Shown piece after piece: positions 7,739-17,055 of a DNA stretch of 32,000 nucleotides; within the stretch, counting starts at the first letter, position 1, and each line of letters begins with the position of its first letter. The notes beneath the pieces were generated by a model that had not been told where the DNA came from, searched no databases, and saw nothing but the letters and a program-made list of their open reading frames with translations. Origin of the DNA: Geotalea daltonii FRC-32 (GTDB lineage: Bacteria > Desulfobacterota > Desulfuromonadia > Geobacterales > Geobacteraceae). The stretch covers positions 1,350,001 through 1,382,000 of the forward strand of contig NC_011979.1 in the NCBI RefSeq assembly GCF_000022265.1, given 5' to 3'. The translations under genes were made by a program, and so were the position numbers.

Positions 7739-10237
7739 TTGCCTGGAGGTTTCTTGAGTAACGATTTTTTGCTTTCTGTAGAAAAGCCTGCCCGCTATAT
7801 GGGTGGAGAGATGGGTGCCGTTGCCAGACCAGACGCTGAGATAAGGTTTGCCCTGGCATTCCCTGACGTATATGAAGTGGGCATGAGCCATTTGGGACTG
7901 CGGATACTCTACAGCATTCTGAATCAAGAACGCTGGCTAGCTGCCGAGCGCGTCTATGCCCCATGGCCCGACATGGAAGATCAACTTCGGCTTGACGGAA
8001 AGCCGCTTTCTACGTTGGAAACCTCAACCCCTCTGGCTGAAACGGACATCGTAGGTTTTACCCTTCAATACGAGCTGTCCTACAGTAACATCCTCAATAT
8101 GCTGGAACTGGCAGGCATACCACTGCTGGCTTGCGAAAGGGGGAAGGAATTTCCCCTGATCCTGGGGGGTGGCCCCTGTGCCTGTAACCCGGAGCCCCTT
8201 GCCGACTTTTTCGATGCCTTCCTCCTTGGGGATGGTGAAGATGCGGTCCTTGAGATTGCAAAAGTCTGCCGTCAATGGAAAAGTGCCGGTGAAGCCAAGG
8301 CAGACCTTCTCCATCGCCTGTCGCTGATCGAGGGTGTTTATATCCCGGCATTTTTCTCGGTTTCCCATGACGCTGTCGGAAGAATTGAGGCCATCAAGCC
8401 TCTGAAGCATGGCTATGATAAGGTGAGACGGCGCATTGCCCCTGACCTTAATGCCCTGAGTTACCCTACTGCCCCTGTTGTGCCTTTTCTTAAAACGGTC
8501 CACGACCGGGTCAGCATGGAGATTGCCCGTGGCTGCACCCGCGGTTGCCGTTTCTGTCAGGCGGGTTACATATACCGTCCTTTGCGCGAGCGGACCCCGG
8601 CGCAGGTCATGGAAAAAATAGAAGAGACCCTGCGCAATACAGGTTACGATGAAATATCCCTGCTTTCTCTTTCTGCGGGTGACTATGGTTGTCTTACTCC
8701 CTTGCTCCAGAAACTGATGCACCGCTATGCCCAGGAACGCATTGCTGTTTCGCTACCGTCACTGCGGGTGGGAAGCCTGACACCGGAAATGGTGGCAGAG
8801 ATAAACAAGGTGAGGAAGACAGGTTTCACCCTTGCCCCTGAAGCAGGCAGCGACCGGCTCCGCCAGGTGATCAACAAGGGGATAACCGAGCCCGATCTGC
8901 TGGATACCGCCTATCAGGTCTATGGCGCAGGCTGGCGGCTGATCAAGCTTTATTTCATGATCGGACTGCCGACGGAGACTATGGAAGACGTTCTGGGGAT
9001 TGCCGAGCTGGCCAGGCAGGTCAAATATCAAGGGAAGCGTGCCGGCCAGGGGGGCGAGGTCAATGTTGCCGTCAGCAGCTTTGTGCCAAAAGCGAATACT
9101 CCCTTTCAATGGGAACAACAGATCAGCTATGAAGAGATCCTGGAGAAGCAGCAGTTCCTGCGCCAGGAGTTGAAGAAGCGCAAACTCAACTTGAAGTGGC
9201 ACGATGCCCCATTGACGGTTATGGAAGGGGTATTTGCCAGGGGTGACCGACTGCTGGGCAAGGTTTTGCTTGAGGCCAGACGGCTGGGCTGCCGATTCGA
9301 CGGCTGGGGAGAGCATTTCAGGTTTGCCCGCTGGCAGGAGGCGTTCGCCGCTGCAGGCATCGACCCGCTTTTCTACCACCGTCGACGGGATCTGGATGAG
9401 ATACTCCCTTGGGACCACCTGGACAGCGGCATCAGCAGGGAATTTCTGCTGGCGGAACTTGAAAAGGCTTCCGGTGGCATTTATACCCCCGACTGTCGTA
9501 ATGGCCAGTGTTCCGGGTGCGGGGTCTGCGATTTTAAGGCTGTGCGCATGCGACTTAATGAGCCCGAAGAGGCGATTGTAGCCGCAGACGGAGCACAGCC
9601 GGATGAAACCGTCGATGCGGAGCGGATCAGGCTTCGTTTCCAGAAAATCGGCCGGATGCGTTTCCTTAGTCACCTGGAAATGCTAAACCTTTTCATACGA
9701 GCAGTGGGCAGGGCACACATCCCCATTCGCTATTCCCAAGGGTTTCATCCCCATCCGAAATTCTCCTTTGCCACGGCGCTTTCCGTGGGGGTTGAATCCT
9801 GGGCTGAATATATGGATATGGAGGTGGCTGCGGGCTTTGGTGCCGAGCGACTGCTGGAGGCCCTCAACCAGGTACTGCCGGAAGGTGTGCGGGTGATGGA
9901 ATCGCAAGTAATCCCGTTGAAGAGCGAGTCCCTATCGGTTATCATTACAGGGACCCGTTACCGGGTAAAACTTCCTTCAGGCACGGTGCAGGGCCTTACT
10001 GGCCAGGTGGATCACTTTCTTTCCCTGGATTCTTTTCCCCATCGGCGTGAAAAGAAAGGCAAGCTTGTGGAGTTCGATCTGCGGCATGAGGTCATCAGCC
10101 TTTCTGCAACTGCTGATGTCGTGCTCATGGAGGTTCGGCGCGGCAAGCCGCTGGAATTTGTTACCGCGATTACCGGCCTGCCCCGGGAAGCGTTTGCCGG
10201 GGCAACCATAGAGAAGCTTGAGGTGCTGTTCAACTGA
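7739..10237 (+). CDS. Radical SAM protein (TIGR03960-type) fused to a radical-SAM-associated DUF2344/TIGR03936-type C-terminal domain
   Basis: 832 aa. N-terminus has SVEKPARYMGGE. CxxxCxxC motif GCTRGCRFCQAG lies at about 8534-8557. The C-terminal third has RMRFLSHLEMLNLFIRAVGRAHIPIRYSQGFHPHPKFSFATAL. The start is a TTG (7739 or 7754, the latter 4 nt after GGAGG) and is uncertain. Confidence 0.85.
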   Translation: MPGGFLSNDFLLSVEKPARYMGGEMGAVARPDAEIRFALAFPDVYEVGMSHLGLRILYSILNQERWLAAERVYAPWPDMEDQLRLDGKPLSTLETSTPLAETDIVGFTLQYELSYSNILNMLELAGIPLLACERGKEFPLILGGGPCACNPEPLADFFDAFLLGDGEDAVLEIAKVCRQWKSAGEAKADLLHRLSLIEGVYIPAFFSVSHDAVGRIEAIKPLKHGYDKVRRRIAPDLNALSYPTAPVVPFLKTVHDRVSMEIARGCTRGCRFCQAGYIYRPLRERTPAQVMEKIEETLRNTGYDEISLLSLSAGDYGCLTPLLQKLMHRYAQERIAVSLPSLRVGSLTPEMVAEINKVRKTGFTLAPEAGSDRLRQVINKGITEPDLLDTAYQVYGAGWRLIKLYFMIGLPTETMEDVLGIAELARQVKYQGKRAGQGGEVNVAVSSFVPKANTPFQWEQQISYEEILEKQQFLRQELKKRKLNLKWHDAPLTVMEGVFARGDRLLGKVLLEARRLGCRFDGWGEHFRFARWQEAFAAAGIDPLFYHRRRDLDEILPWDHLDSGISREFLLAELEKASGGIYTPDCRNGQCSGCGVCDFKAVRMRLNEPEEAIVAADGAQPDETVDAERIRLRFQKIGRMRFLSHLEMLNLFIRAVGRAHIPIRYSQGFHPHPKFSFATALSVGVESWAEYMDMEVAAGFGAERLLEALNQVLPEGVRVMESQVIPLKSESLSVIITGTRYRVKLPSGTVQGLTGQVDHFLSLDSFPHRREKKGKLVEFDLRHEVISLSATADVVLMEVRRGKPLEFVTAITGLPREAFAGATIEKLEVLFN

Positions 10238-10319
10238 ATCGTTTCCCCCATGGCAAAAAATCCTTTATCAACTTTTATATACGGAATCCGGTCATAAATT
10301 AATAGTAAACGAGGTTATC

Positions 10320-11831
10320 ATGGGAAATGAGCTGGTCATCAATACCACCTCCCACGAAACCCGCATCGCCCTCATCGAGAACGGCACCATAGCCGAACTC
10401 TATATTGAGCGGAGTAGGGTCAAGGGGATCGTGGGCAACATCTACAAAGGGCGGGTTATCAGGGTCCTGCCGGGCATGCAGGCTGCCTTTGTCGATATCG
10501 GCCTGGAAAAAGCGGCCTTTCTCTATGTGGCAGATGTCTTTGATGCCATGGAGGAATACGACGGCTTCATGGACGGCAACGGCAAGAAAGAAGAGCCTGT
10601 GGAGGGGGAAGAGCCGGTGCTTCATCCCCTCCACCCCATTGAAGAGCTACTGCAGGAAGGCCAGGAGCTGCTAGTGCAGATATCCAAGGAGCCGATCGGC
10701 ACCAAGGGAGCACGCATCACTGCCCACATCTCTCTGCCGGGCAGGCATCTGGTTTACATGCCCACTGTTGATCACGTGGGGATTTCCCGGCGCATTGAGG
10801 ATGAGGCGGAGCGGGAGCGGCTGAAGGAGATCATCGACCGGATCAAGCCGGCTGGCGGCGGCTTTATCGTCCGTACCGTTTCCGAAGGCAAGAGCGAAGA
10901 GGACCTGATCTCGGACCTCAACTACCTGACCAAGCTCTGGGACGAGGTGGTGAAACGCAAGGAGAAAGCCAGCGCCCCTTTACTCATCCATTCTGATCTG
11001 GATGTGACCCAGAAGGTGGTGCGGGATATCCTTACCGAATCGGTGGAGCGGATCGTCGTCGATTCCAAGCCGGAACACGATAAGATAGTCCAGTTCATCA
11101 GTACCTTCATGCCCAAGATGAAGTACTCCATTGAACTCTATGACGAAGAGGAGCCGATTTTCGATCATTTCGGCCTTGAAGTGGAGATCAGCCGGGCGCT
11201 GGGACGCAAGGTATGGCTCAAGTCCGGGGGCTACATCATCATTGAGCAGACCGAGGCCCTCACTGCCATCGATGTCAACACCGGCCGCTTTGTGGGTAAG
11301 CACAACCTTGAGGACACCATTCTCAAGACCAATCTGGAGGCAGTAAAAGAAATCGCTTATCAGTTGCGGCTGCGAAACCTTGGCGGCATCATCATCATAG
11401 ATTTCATCGATATGGAGCGGGAAGTAAACCGGGAAAAGGTATTCACTGCCCTGGAAGAGGCGGTAAGGGGCGACAAATCCAAGACCAACATCCTGAAAAT
11501 TTCCGAGCTGGGGCTGGTGGAGATGACGAGAAAGCGGGTGCGGGAGAGCATCGGCCGGATGATGTGCGAGCCTTGTCCCTACTGCGAGGGGAGGGGTTAC
11601 GTCAAGTCGAAGACCACCGTTTGTCACGAGATTTTCAGGGAGCTGCGGCGGGAGATGCTCGATATCCGCGGCAGCAAGATTATGCTCACTGTGCACCCAC
11701 AGGTGGCGGACCTGCTCTACGATGAGGAACGGCGCGGCCTGGAGGAGTTGGAAAAGAACTTTAAGAAACGCATCACGGTGAGGGCGAAGCCGGGATTTCA
11801 TCAAGAACAATTCGAAATTGCCATCTCATAG
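10320..11831 (+). CDS. rng: Ribonuclease G (Rne/Rng family)
   Basis: MGNELVINTTSHETRIALIENG...GNIYKGRVIRVLPGMQAAFVDIG (S1 domain), ALTAIDVNTG, and IIIIDFIDM catalytic motifs. ATG 10320 with a GAGG RBS is preferred over the ORF-track 10218. Confidence 0.92.
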   Translation: MGNELVINTTSHETRIALIENGTIAELYIERSRVKGIVGNIYKGRVIRVLPGMQAAFVDIGLEKAAFLYVADVFDAMEEYDGFMDGNGKKEEPVEGEEPVLHPLHPIEELLQEGQELLVQISKEPIGTKGARITAHISLPGRHLVYMPTVDHVGISRRIEDEAERERLKEIIDRIKPAGGGFIVRTVSEGKSEEDLISDLNYLTKLWDEVVKRKEKASAPLLIHSDLDVTQKVVRDILTESVERIVVDSKPEHDKIVQFISTFMPKMKYSIELYDEEEPIFDHFGLEVEISRALGRKVWLKSGGYIIIEQTEALTAIDVNTGRFVGKHNLEDTILKTNLEAVKEIAYQLRLRNLGGIIIIDFIDMEREVNREKVFTALEEAVRGDKSKTNILKISELGLVEMTRKRVRESIGRMMCEPCPYCEGRGYVKSKTTVCHEIFRELRREMLDIRGSKIMLTVHPQVADLLYDEERRGLEELEKNFKKRITVRAKPGFHQEQFEIAIS

Positions 11832-11951
11832 GAAGCGCCGCTTTTTGCCAATATCTTCGTTGCCCGTCAAGATTCCTTGTGCGACGTGGCGTAGCCACGC
11901 CTCCGCGTCACCCTTCGGGGCGCCTTGATCTTGGCTAAAAATCGACGCTTC
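11832..11951. repeat. Long GC-rich imperfect palindromic intergenic element (E1)
   Basis: It starts 1 nt after the rng stop. The terminal arms GAAGCGCCGCTTTTTGCCAA (11832-11851) and TTGGCTAAAAATCGACGCTTC (11931-11951) pair at about 18 positions. Central hairpin GTGGC-GTA-GCCAC, plus a CCC-TTCG-GGG hairpin. Confidence 0.5.
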
Positions 11952-11977
11952 CGGAAAAGCCTAAGAAGGATAAAAAG

Positions 11978-13156
11978 ATGATCGGAACACCGTTAAAGAA
12001 ATCTGCGACAAAAATCATGATGCTTGGTTCCGGGGAACTGGGCAAGGAAGTGGTCATCGAGGCCCAGCGACTGGGGGTTGAAATAATAGCCGTCGACCGC
12101 TATGCCCATGCGCCAGCCATGCAGGTGGCCCATCGCAGCCACGTGATCAACATGCTCGACCGGGACGAGCTGGCCAGGGTTATCCGTTTGGAGCGCCCGG
12201 ACTTTATCGTCCCCGAGATCGAGGCGATCAATACCCCTTATCTGCTGGAGCTGGAAAAGGAAGGTTTTACCGTCATTCCCACGGCCCGCGCCACCAATCT
12301 CACCATGAACCGGGAAGGGATCAGGCGCCTGGCCGCCGAGGAGCTGCGTCTGCCGACTGCCCAGTACCTCTTTGCCGCCTCTCTGGATGAATTTTCTACC
12401 AGTGTGGAACGCATCGGCCTGCCATGCGTGGTAAAGCCGATCATGAGCTCCTCTGGAAAGGGGCAAAGCGTCGTCCGGGATGCGGCCGATCTGGAAAGAG
12501 CTTGGACCTACGCCATGGAAGGGGCACGCGGTGCCTCGGACAAGGTGATCATAGAGGAGTTCATTCCCTTCGACTACGAAATCACCCTGCTGACAGTCCG
12601 CTACAATGGCGGTACCCGCTTTTGCCCTCCCATCGGCCATGTGCAGATTAAGGGGGATTACCATGAGTCGTGGCAGCCCATGTCCATGACCCCCCAAGTG
12701 CTGGCAGAGGCGGAGCGGCAGGCAAAGGCGGTGACCGATGCCTTGGGAGGCTTCGGCATCTTCGGTGTCGAGCTCTTCATCAAGGGGGATCGTGTCTGGT
12801 TCAGCGAGGTTTCGCCCCGTCCCCACGATACCGGTATGGTGACCATGGTCTCACAGAACATGTCCGAGTTCGAGCTGCATGTGCGGGCCATTCTCGGCCT
12901 GCCGGTGCCGGAGATAATCAATCTTGCGCCGGCAGCTTCCCATGTCATACTTGCCGAGGAGTCTGCAGCAGAGGTGACCTTCGCCGGTCTGACAGAGGCG
13001 CTGTCGGTACCCGATACGAAGATCCGCCTCTTCGGCAAACCTGACACCCGCCCCGGACGTCGTATGGGAGTGGCTCTGTCCCTTGGAGAAGATACCGATC
13101 AGGCGCGCAACCATGCGGAAGAGGCCGCCCATGCGGTAAAGATCGTCAAAAACTGA
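11978..13156 (+). CDS. purT: Formate-dependent phosphoribosylglycinamide formyltransferase (GAR transformylase 2)
   Basis: 392 aa. [47 protein letters not shown] is near-identical in pattern to enterobacterial PurT. ATP-grasp core. Confidence 0.95.
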   Translation: MIGTPLKKSATKIMMLGSGELGKEVVIEAQRLGVEIIAVDRYAHAPAMQVAHRSHVINMLDRDELARVIRLERPDFIVPEIEAINTPYLLELEKEGFTVIPTARATNLTMNREGIRRLAAEELRLPTAQYLFAASLDEFSTSVERIGLPCVVKPIMSSSGKGQSVVRDAADLERAWTYAMEGARGASDKVIIEEFIPFDYEITLLTVRYNGGTRFCPPIGHVQIKGDYHESWQPMSMTPQVLAEAERQAKAVTDALGGFGIFGVELFIKGDRVWFSEVSPRPHDTGMVTMVSQNMSEFELHVRAILGLPVPEIINLAPAASHVILAEESAAEVTFAGLTEALSVPDTKIRLFGKPDTRPGRRMGVALSLGEDTDQARNHAEEAAHAVKIVKN

Positions 13157-13189
13157 GGGTGAAAAAAACGGCGCTGGAGGAGGAATCCC

Positions 13190-13492
13190 ATGGTATTTGC
13201 AGCCAAAGTTTCAGAGGTGCCCCTGTGGGGGAAGAAGGTAGTGACGGTCGAAGGACGGGAGATACTGCTGGTCAATGCCAAAGGGAACATCTATGCCTGC
13301 GAGACGGAATGCCCGCACCAGGGGGCGCCATTGTCAGGCGCATTGATCAAGGATGCGGAACATCTTACCTGCCAGCGCCACGGCTATCGCTTCAATCTCA
13401 AGACCGGTGCCTGCCGTGAATTCCCTGAGTACACCCTGAAGGTCTATTCAATAGGGATGGAGGGCGATAATATCATGGTGAAGCTGGATTGA
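13190..13492 (+). CDS. Small Rieske [2Fe-2S] domain protein (NirD-like)
   Basis: 100 aa with CPHQGAPL...CQRHGYRF (CxH...CxxH Rieske ligands). Strong GGAGGAGG RBS. Confidence 0.85.
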   Translation: MVFAAKVSEVPLWGKKVVTVEGREILLVNAKGNIYACETECPHQGAPLSGALIKDAEHLTCQRHGYRFNLKTGACREFPEYTLKVYSIGMEGDNIMVKLD

Positions 13493-13510
13493 CGGGATTG
13501 AAAAAAGTCC

Positions 13511-13539
13511 TTGACTTATAGGGCTTTTTTAGATATTTT
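13511..13539 (+). promoter_or_regulatory. Sigma-70-type promoter upstream of rplU
   Basis: TTGACT (13511-13516), 17-nt spacer, TATTTT (13534-13539). Confidence 0.5.
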
Positions 13540-13580
13540 TTGTTGCTCTTTGTAAAATCGCGATAAAGGTGGTGAAATAC

Positions 13581-13889
13581 ATGTACGCAGTAGTGAGAAC
13601 CGGAGGGAAACAATATAAAGTTTCCGAAGGCGACTTTTTGAAAGTCGAAAAACTTGAGGGTGCAGTAGGTGATACTGTTAATCTCTCTGAAGTCCTGATG
13701 GTTGGCGGCGATAAGGTTGCAATCGGAACACCTTTAGTGCCCAGCGCCTCTGTGGTCGGCAAAATTGTCGAGCAGGGCAAGGATAAGAAGATTCTCGTCT
13801 TCAAATCCAAGCGCCGGAAAGATTCCAGGAAACTTAACGGGCACCGTCAACTCAGAACCATTCTGAAGATCGAAAAGATCAACGCCTAG
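13581..13889 (+). CDS. rplU: 50S ribosomal protein L21
   Basis: [18 protein letters not shown] is the canonical L21 N-terminus. ATG 13581 with an AAGGTGGTG RBS is preferred over the ORF-track 13569. Confidence 0.95.
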   Translation: MYAVVRTGGKQYKVSEGDFLKVEKLEGAVGDTVNLSEVLMVGGDKVAIGTPLVPSASVVGKIVEQGKDKKILVFKSKRRKDSRKLNGHRQLRTILKIEKINA

Positions 13890-13950
13890 GAAATAGATAA
13901 AGCGGTCACCACAGCTTGGACACGGGTGGAGCCGCCAGGAGGAGTAGAAA

Positions 13951-14208
13951 ATGGCACATAAGAAAGGCGTCGGCAGTTCCAGGAACGGCCGCGATTCAGA
14001 CGGCCAAAGGCTTGGCTGTAAAAAATTCGGCGGCGAGCACGTCAAAGCCGGCAACATCATCTATCGTCAGCATGGCACCAAGATCCACCCTGGCAACAAT
14101 GTGGGTCTGGGCAAGGACTACACCCTCTTCGCCCTTATCGAAGGGGTAGTGAAGTTCGAGCGTCTGGGTCGTGACCGGAAAAAGGTTTCCGTTTACCCCG
14201 CCAGCTGA
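13951..14208 (+). CDS. rpmA: 50S ribosomal protein L27
   Basis: [48 protein letters not shown] is the canonical L27 sequence. Confidence 0.97.
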   Translation: MAHKKGVGSSRNGRDSDGQRLGCKKFGGEHVKAGNIIYRQHGTKIHPGNNVGLGKDYTLFALIEGVVKFERLGRDRKKVSVYPAS

Positions 14209-14234
14209 GCAAAAGCTGATATAAATCTGCAAAA

Positions 14235-14268
14235 GCCTGGAACCGTCGGTTCCGGGCTTTTGTTGTTT
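14235..14268 (+). terminator. Rho-independent terminator/attenuator between rpmA and obg
   Basis: GCCTGGAACC-GTC-GGTTCCGGGC followed by TTTTGTTGTTT. It ends about 14 nt before the obg ATG. Confidence 0.65.
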
Positions 14269-14281
14269 GTCTGAGGGAAAT

Positions 14282-15298
14282 ATGAGTTTCATTGATGAAG
14301 TAAAAATACATGTGAAATCAGGGGATGGTGGGCCTGGTTGTGTCTCATTCCGCCATGAAAAGTTCATCGAGTTCGGTGGGCCTGACGGTGGTGATGGTGG
14401 TAAGGGGGGCAATGTGATAGTGGAAGCCTCGCGAAACCTCTCCACCCTGCTTGATCTTCGCCAGCACCCGCACCAGAAGGCCGGTAGTGGCAAAAATGGC
14501 ATGGGCAAGGATCGACATGGCGCCTATGGCAAAGATCTGAGGCTGCTGCTGCCAGTGGGTACAGTCATTAAAGATGCGGAGACTGACGAAGTGCTTGCCG
14601 ATCTCACGGAGCCGGGGCAGCCTTTAGTGCTGCTCAAGGGGGGACGGGGAGGGCAGGGCAATGCCCGATTTGCCACTGCCACCCATAAAGCCCCCAGATT
14701 TGCCCAACCGGGTGAGCCAGGAGAGGAACGCTGGCTAAGGCTGGAACTGAAGCTGATGGCTGACGTGGGACTTCTTGGCATGCCCAGTGTCGGCAAATCT
14801 TCCCTGATCACCAAGGTCTCGGCAGCGCGCCCCAAGATTGCCGAATACCACTTCACAACCCTCAAGCCAAACCTGGGGGTCGTCGCCTATAAGAACTATA
14901 AATCCTTCGTCATGGCCGATATCCCTGGGCTTATCGAAGGCGCCCACGAGGGGGCAGGCCTTGGGCACCGCTTCCTCAAGCACCTGGAAAGGACGGGCCA
15001 TTTGCTCCACATCCTTGACATCTCCTGGATGCCGGACCGGGACCCGATCCGGGAATATGAGGCGATCAACAAGGAGCTGTCCCTCTTCAACCCGGAACTG
15101 GCGGAGAAGAAACAGACCATTGTCATCAACAAAATGGATCTGCCAGTGGTAAAGGAAAACCTGGCGAAGGTGCTGCCATATTTCCAGGAGCGGGGCTTGA
15201 AGGTTTTTCCCATTTCGGCCGCTACCGGTGAGGGAATCCCGGCATTGCTGGACGAGATCGCCCGCCAGTTGTGGGGAGCAGCTGAGGAAGAGTGGTAA
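14282..15298 (+). CDS. obg: GTPase Obg/CgtA
   Basis: [28 protein letters not shown] (Obg fold, Gly-rich), plus GMPSVGKSS (G1), DIPGLIEGA (G3) and NKMD (G4). ATG 14282 is preferred over the TTG at 14267. Confidence 0.95.
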   Translation: MSFIDEVKIHVKSGDGGPGCVSFRHEKFIEFGGPDGGDGGKGGNVIVEASRNLSTLLDLRQHPHQKAGSGKNGMGKDRHGAYGKDLRLLLPVGTVIKDAETDEVLADLTEPGQPLVLLKGGRGGQGNARFATATHKAPRFAQPGEPGEERWLRLELKLMADVGLLGMPSVGKSSLITKVSAARPKIAEYHFTTLKPNLGVVAYKNYKSFVMADIPGLIEGAHEGAGLGHRFLKHLERTGHLLHILDISWMPDRDPIREYEAINKELSLFNPELAEKKQTIVINKMDLPVVKENLAKVLPYFQERGLKVFPISAATGEGIPALLDEIARQLWGAAEEEW

Positions 15299-15400
15299 GA
15301 GGCTTGCTGCAAAATGGTTTGGGCAGCATCGATAGTTGATGTATTATAAGCAGATTGAACTGAAAATTCTGCGGCATTCCATGATAAAGGAGAAACAGCC

Positions 15401-16414
15401 ATGTTCTATCCCACGTTCCGTGCCCGTCGCATCAGAAGCAAAGAAGTCTTCCGTAACATGGTCCGCGAGACCGCTCTTTCTACCAATGACCTGATCTACC
15501 CCATGTTTTCGGCCTTCGGCAAGGGGATAAGGAAGGAAATTTCCTCCATGCCGGGCATCTATCAGCAATCAATCGAGAACATCGTCGAGGAAGCCCAGGA
15601 GGCCTATGAATTGGGGGTGCCTGCAGTGATCCTCTTCGGCATTCCGGAAACCAAGGATGCGGTGGGAAGCGACGCCTATGCAGAACACGGTATCATCCAG
15701 GAGACGATCCGCGCCCTGAAAAAAGAGGTGCCTAAACTGGCGGTAATCACCGACGTCTGCATGTGCGAGTACACCGACCACGGCCACTGTGGCATCATCA
15801 AGAATGGTGATGTGGACAATGACGAGACCCTGGAACTGCTGGCCCAGGAAGCACTTTCCCATGCCCAGGCCGGCGCCGACATGGTGGCTCCTTCCGACAT
15901 GATGGATGGTCGGGTGATGGCCATCCGCGAGACGCTGGACAACAATGGTTACAAGCATATTCCGGTGATGAGCTATGCCGTTAAATACGCCTCGGGCTAT
16001 TACGGTCCGTTCCGCGAGGCGGCCGAATCCACCCCCCAGTTCGGCGACCGCCGTTCCTACCAGATGGACCCTGCCAATCGTCTTGAGGCTGTGCGTGAGG
16101 CCCAGATGGATGTGGAGGAGGGCGCCGACATTATCATGGTCAAGCCCGGCCTTCCCTACCTGGATGTAGTCCGGGAGATGCGCAACCAGTTCAACCTGCC
16201 GGTTGCTGTGTACAATGTATCGGGCGAATACAGCATGATCAAAGCAGCAGGCAAGATGGGCTGGATCGACGAGGACCGGGTAACAATGGAAACCATGCTC
16301 TCCTTCAAGCGTGCCGGTGCTGACCTCATCCTGACCTATCACGCCAAGGAAGTGGCAACGCTGTTGCACAAGGGGTATGAGATTGACCGTGCCTCCCGCT
16401 GCGGTTGCCCTTAA
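15401..16414 (+). CDS. hemB: Porphobilinogen synthase (delta-aminolevulinic acid dehydratase)
   Basis: 337 aa. Cys-rich Zn site [14 protein letters not shown] and active-site Lys regions (MVKPG). AAGGAGA RBS. Confidence 0.95.
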   Translation: MFYPTFRARRIRSKEVFRNMVRETALSTNDLIYPMFSAFGKGIRKEISSMPGIYQQSIENIVEEAQEAYELGVPAVILFGIPETKDAVGSDAYAEHGIIQETIRALKKEVPKLAVITDVCMCEYTDHGHCGIIKNGDVDNDETLELLAQEALSHAQAGADMVAPSDMMDGRVMAIRETLDNNGYKHIPVMSYAVKYASGYYGPFREAAESTPQFGDRRSYQMDPANRLEAVREAQMDVEEGADIIMVKPGLPYLDVVREMRNQFNLPVAVYNVSGEYSMIKAAGKMGWIDEDRVTMETMLSFKRAGADLILTYHAKEVATLLHKGYEIDRASRCGCP

Positions 16415-16548
16415 CGGACCAGGCAAAAGTCAATCTGCTGCGTTACGCTCGCCCTTCGTCGCTGCCCGATTAGGGCCGCCCTAATCGGGCTACACCTAAC
16501 TCCTCAGTGCTCGCAAGCCTCGCAGCTGGAGTTTTTTTTCCTGGTCCG
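16415..16548. repeat. Long GC-rich imperfect palindromic intergenic element (E2)
   Basis: It starts 1 nt after the hemB stop. Perfect 9-bp terminal inverted repeat CGGACCAGG (16415-16423) / CCTGGTCCG (16540-16548). Inner helix GCTGCG/CGCAGC. Perfect 11-bp central hairpin CCCGATTAGGG-CCG-CCCTAATCGGG (16465-16489). T8 run at 16532-16539. Confidence 0.6.
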
Positions 16549-16574
16549 GCAGGTTAATTCGCCCCATGGATGGC

Positions 16575-16606
16575 AAAAAGCCTGCGATACATTCGCAGGC
16601 TTTTTA
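16575..16606. terminator. Bidirectional rho-independent terminator
   Basis: AAAAAGCCTGCGA-TACAT-TCGCAGGCTTTTT between hemB (+) and the cupin gene (-). Confidence 0.8.
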
Positions 16607-16618
16607 TTTGGTGCACCT

Positions 16619-16951
16619 TTAGGCCCGGATCATCACCAGCAGCATCTTGAAATTTTTTATTCCCTTCAGCGCATGGGGTTTGTTGGCCGGCATGATGATC
16701 ATCTGCCCGGCAATCACATGGTGCGGTTCGCCGGCGATGGTGATCTCCGCCTCACCATCCAGGATCTGGACGAAAGCGTCATATGGGGCTGTATGTTCGC
16801 TCAGCCCCTGTCCTTCATCGAAGGCGAAGACGGTAATCGTCCCCACTTGCTTGTCGATAAGGGTGCGGCTTACCACCGTCCCCTCCTGGTAGGCAACCAG
16901 TCCATTCATTGCCAGCGCTTTTCCTGTCAACATCTCTTTTTTTTCGCTCAT
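16619..16951 (-). CDS. Cupin domain protein
   Basis: 110 aa with a cupin_2-like pattern GLSEHTAPYDAFVQILDGEAEITIAGEPHHVIAGQMIIMPANKPHAL. Confidence 0.85.
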   Translation of the reverse strand: MSEKKEMLTGKALAMNGLVAYQEGTVVSRTLIDKQVGTITVFAFDEGQGLSEHTAPYDAFVQILDGEAEITIAGEPHHVIAGQMIIMPANKPHALKGIKNFKMLLVMIRA

Positions 16952-17055
16952 CTGAATTCTCCTCTCACTGATTACCGATCCTTTGTTGACTACAAGATTA
17001 GCCCCCGAGGCGACGAATTCAATTGATGCAGGTCAAGATATGTTATATTTGCATC

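Noticed and set aside
8024-9673. Long - strand ORFs (8024-8722, 232 aa; 8759-9673, 304 aa) antisense to the radical-SAM gene. Similar antisense ORFs occur at 2825-3613 (+), 10980-11810, 11993-12826, 15569-16426, 24339-25073, 25446-26045, 26079-26612, 30130-30642 and 30633-31208.
   Set aside because: They lie entirely inside well-supported conserved genes on the opposite strand. Their translations are Arg/Gly/Pro/His-rich with no recognisable motifs and they lack RBS. These are typical shadow ORFs of GC-rich DNA.
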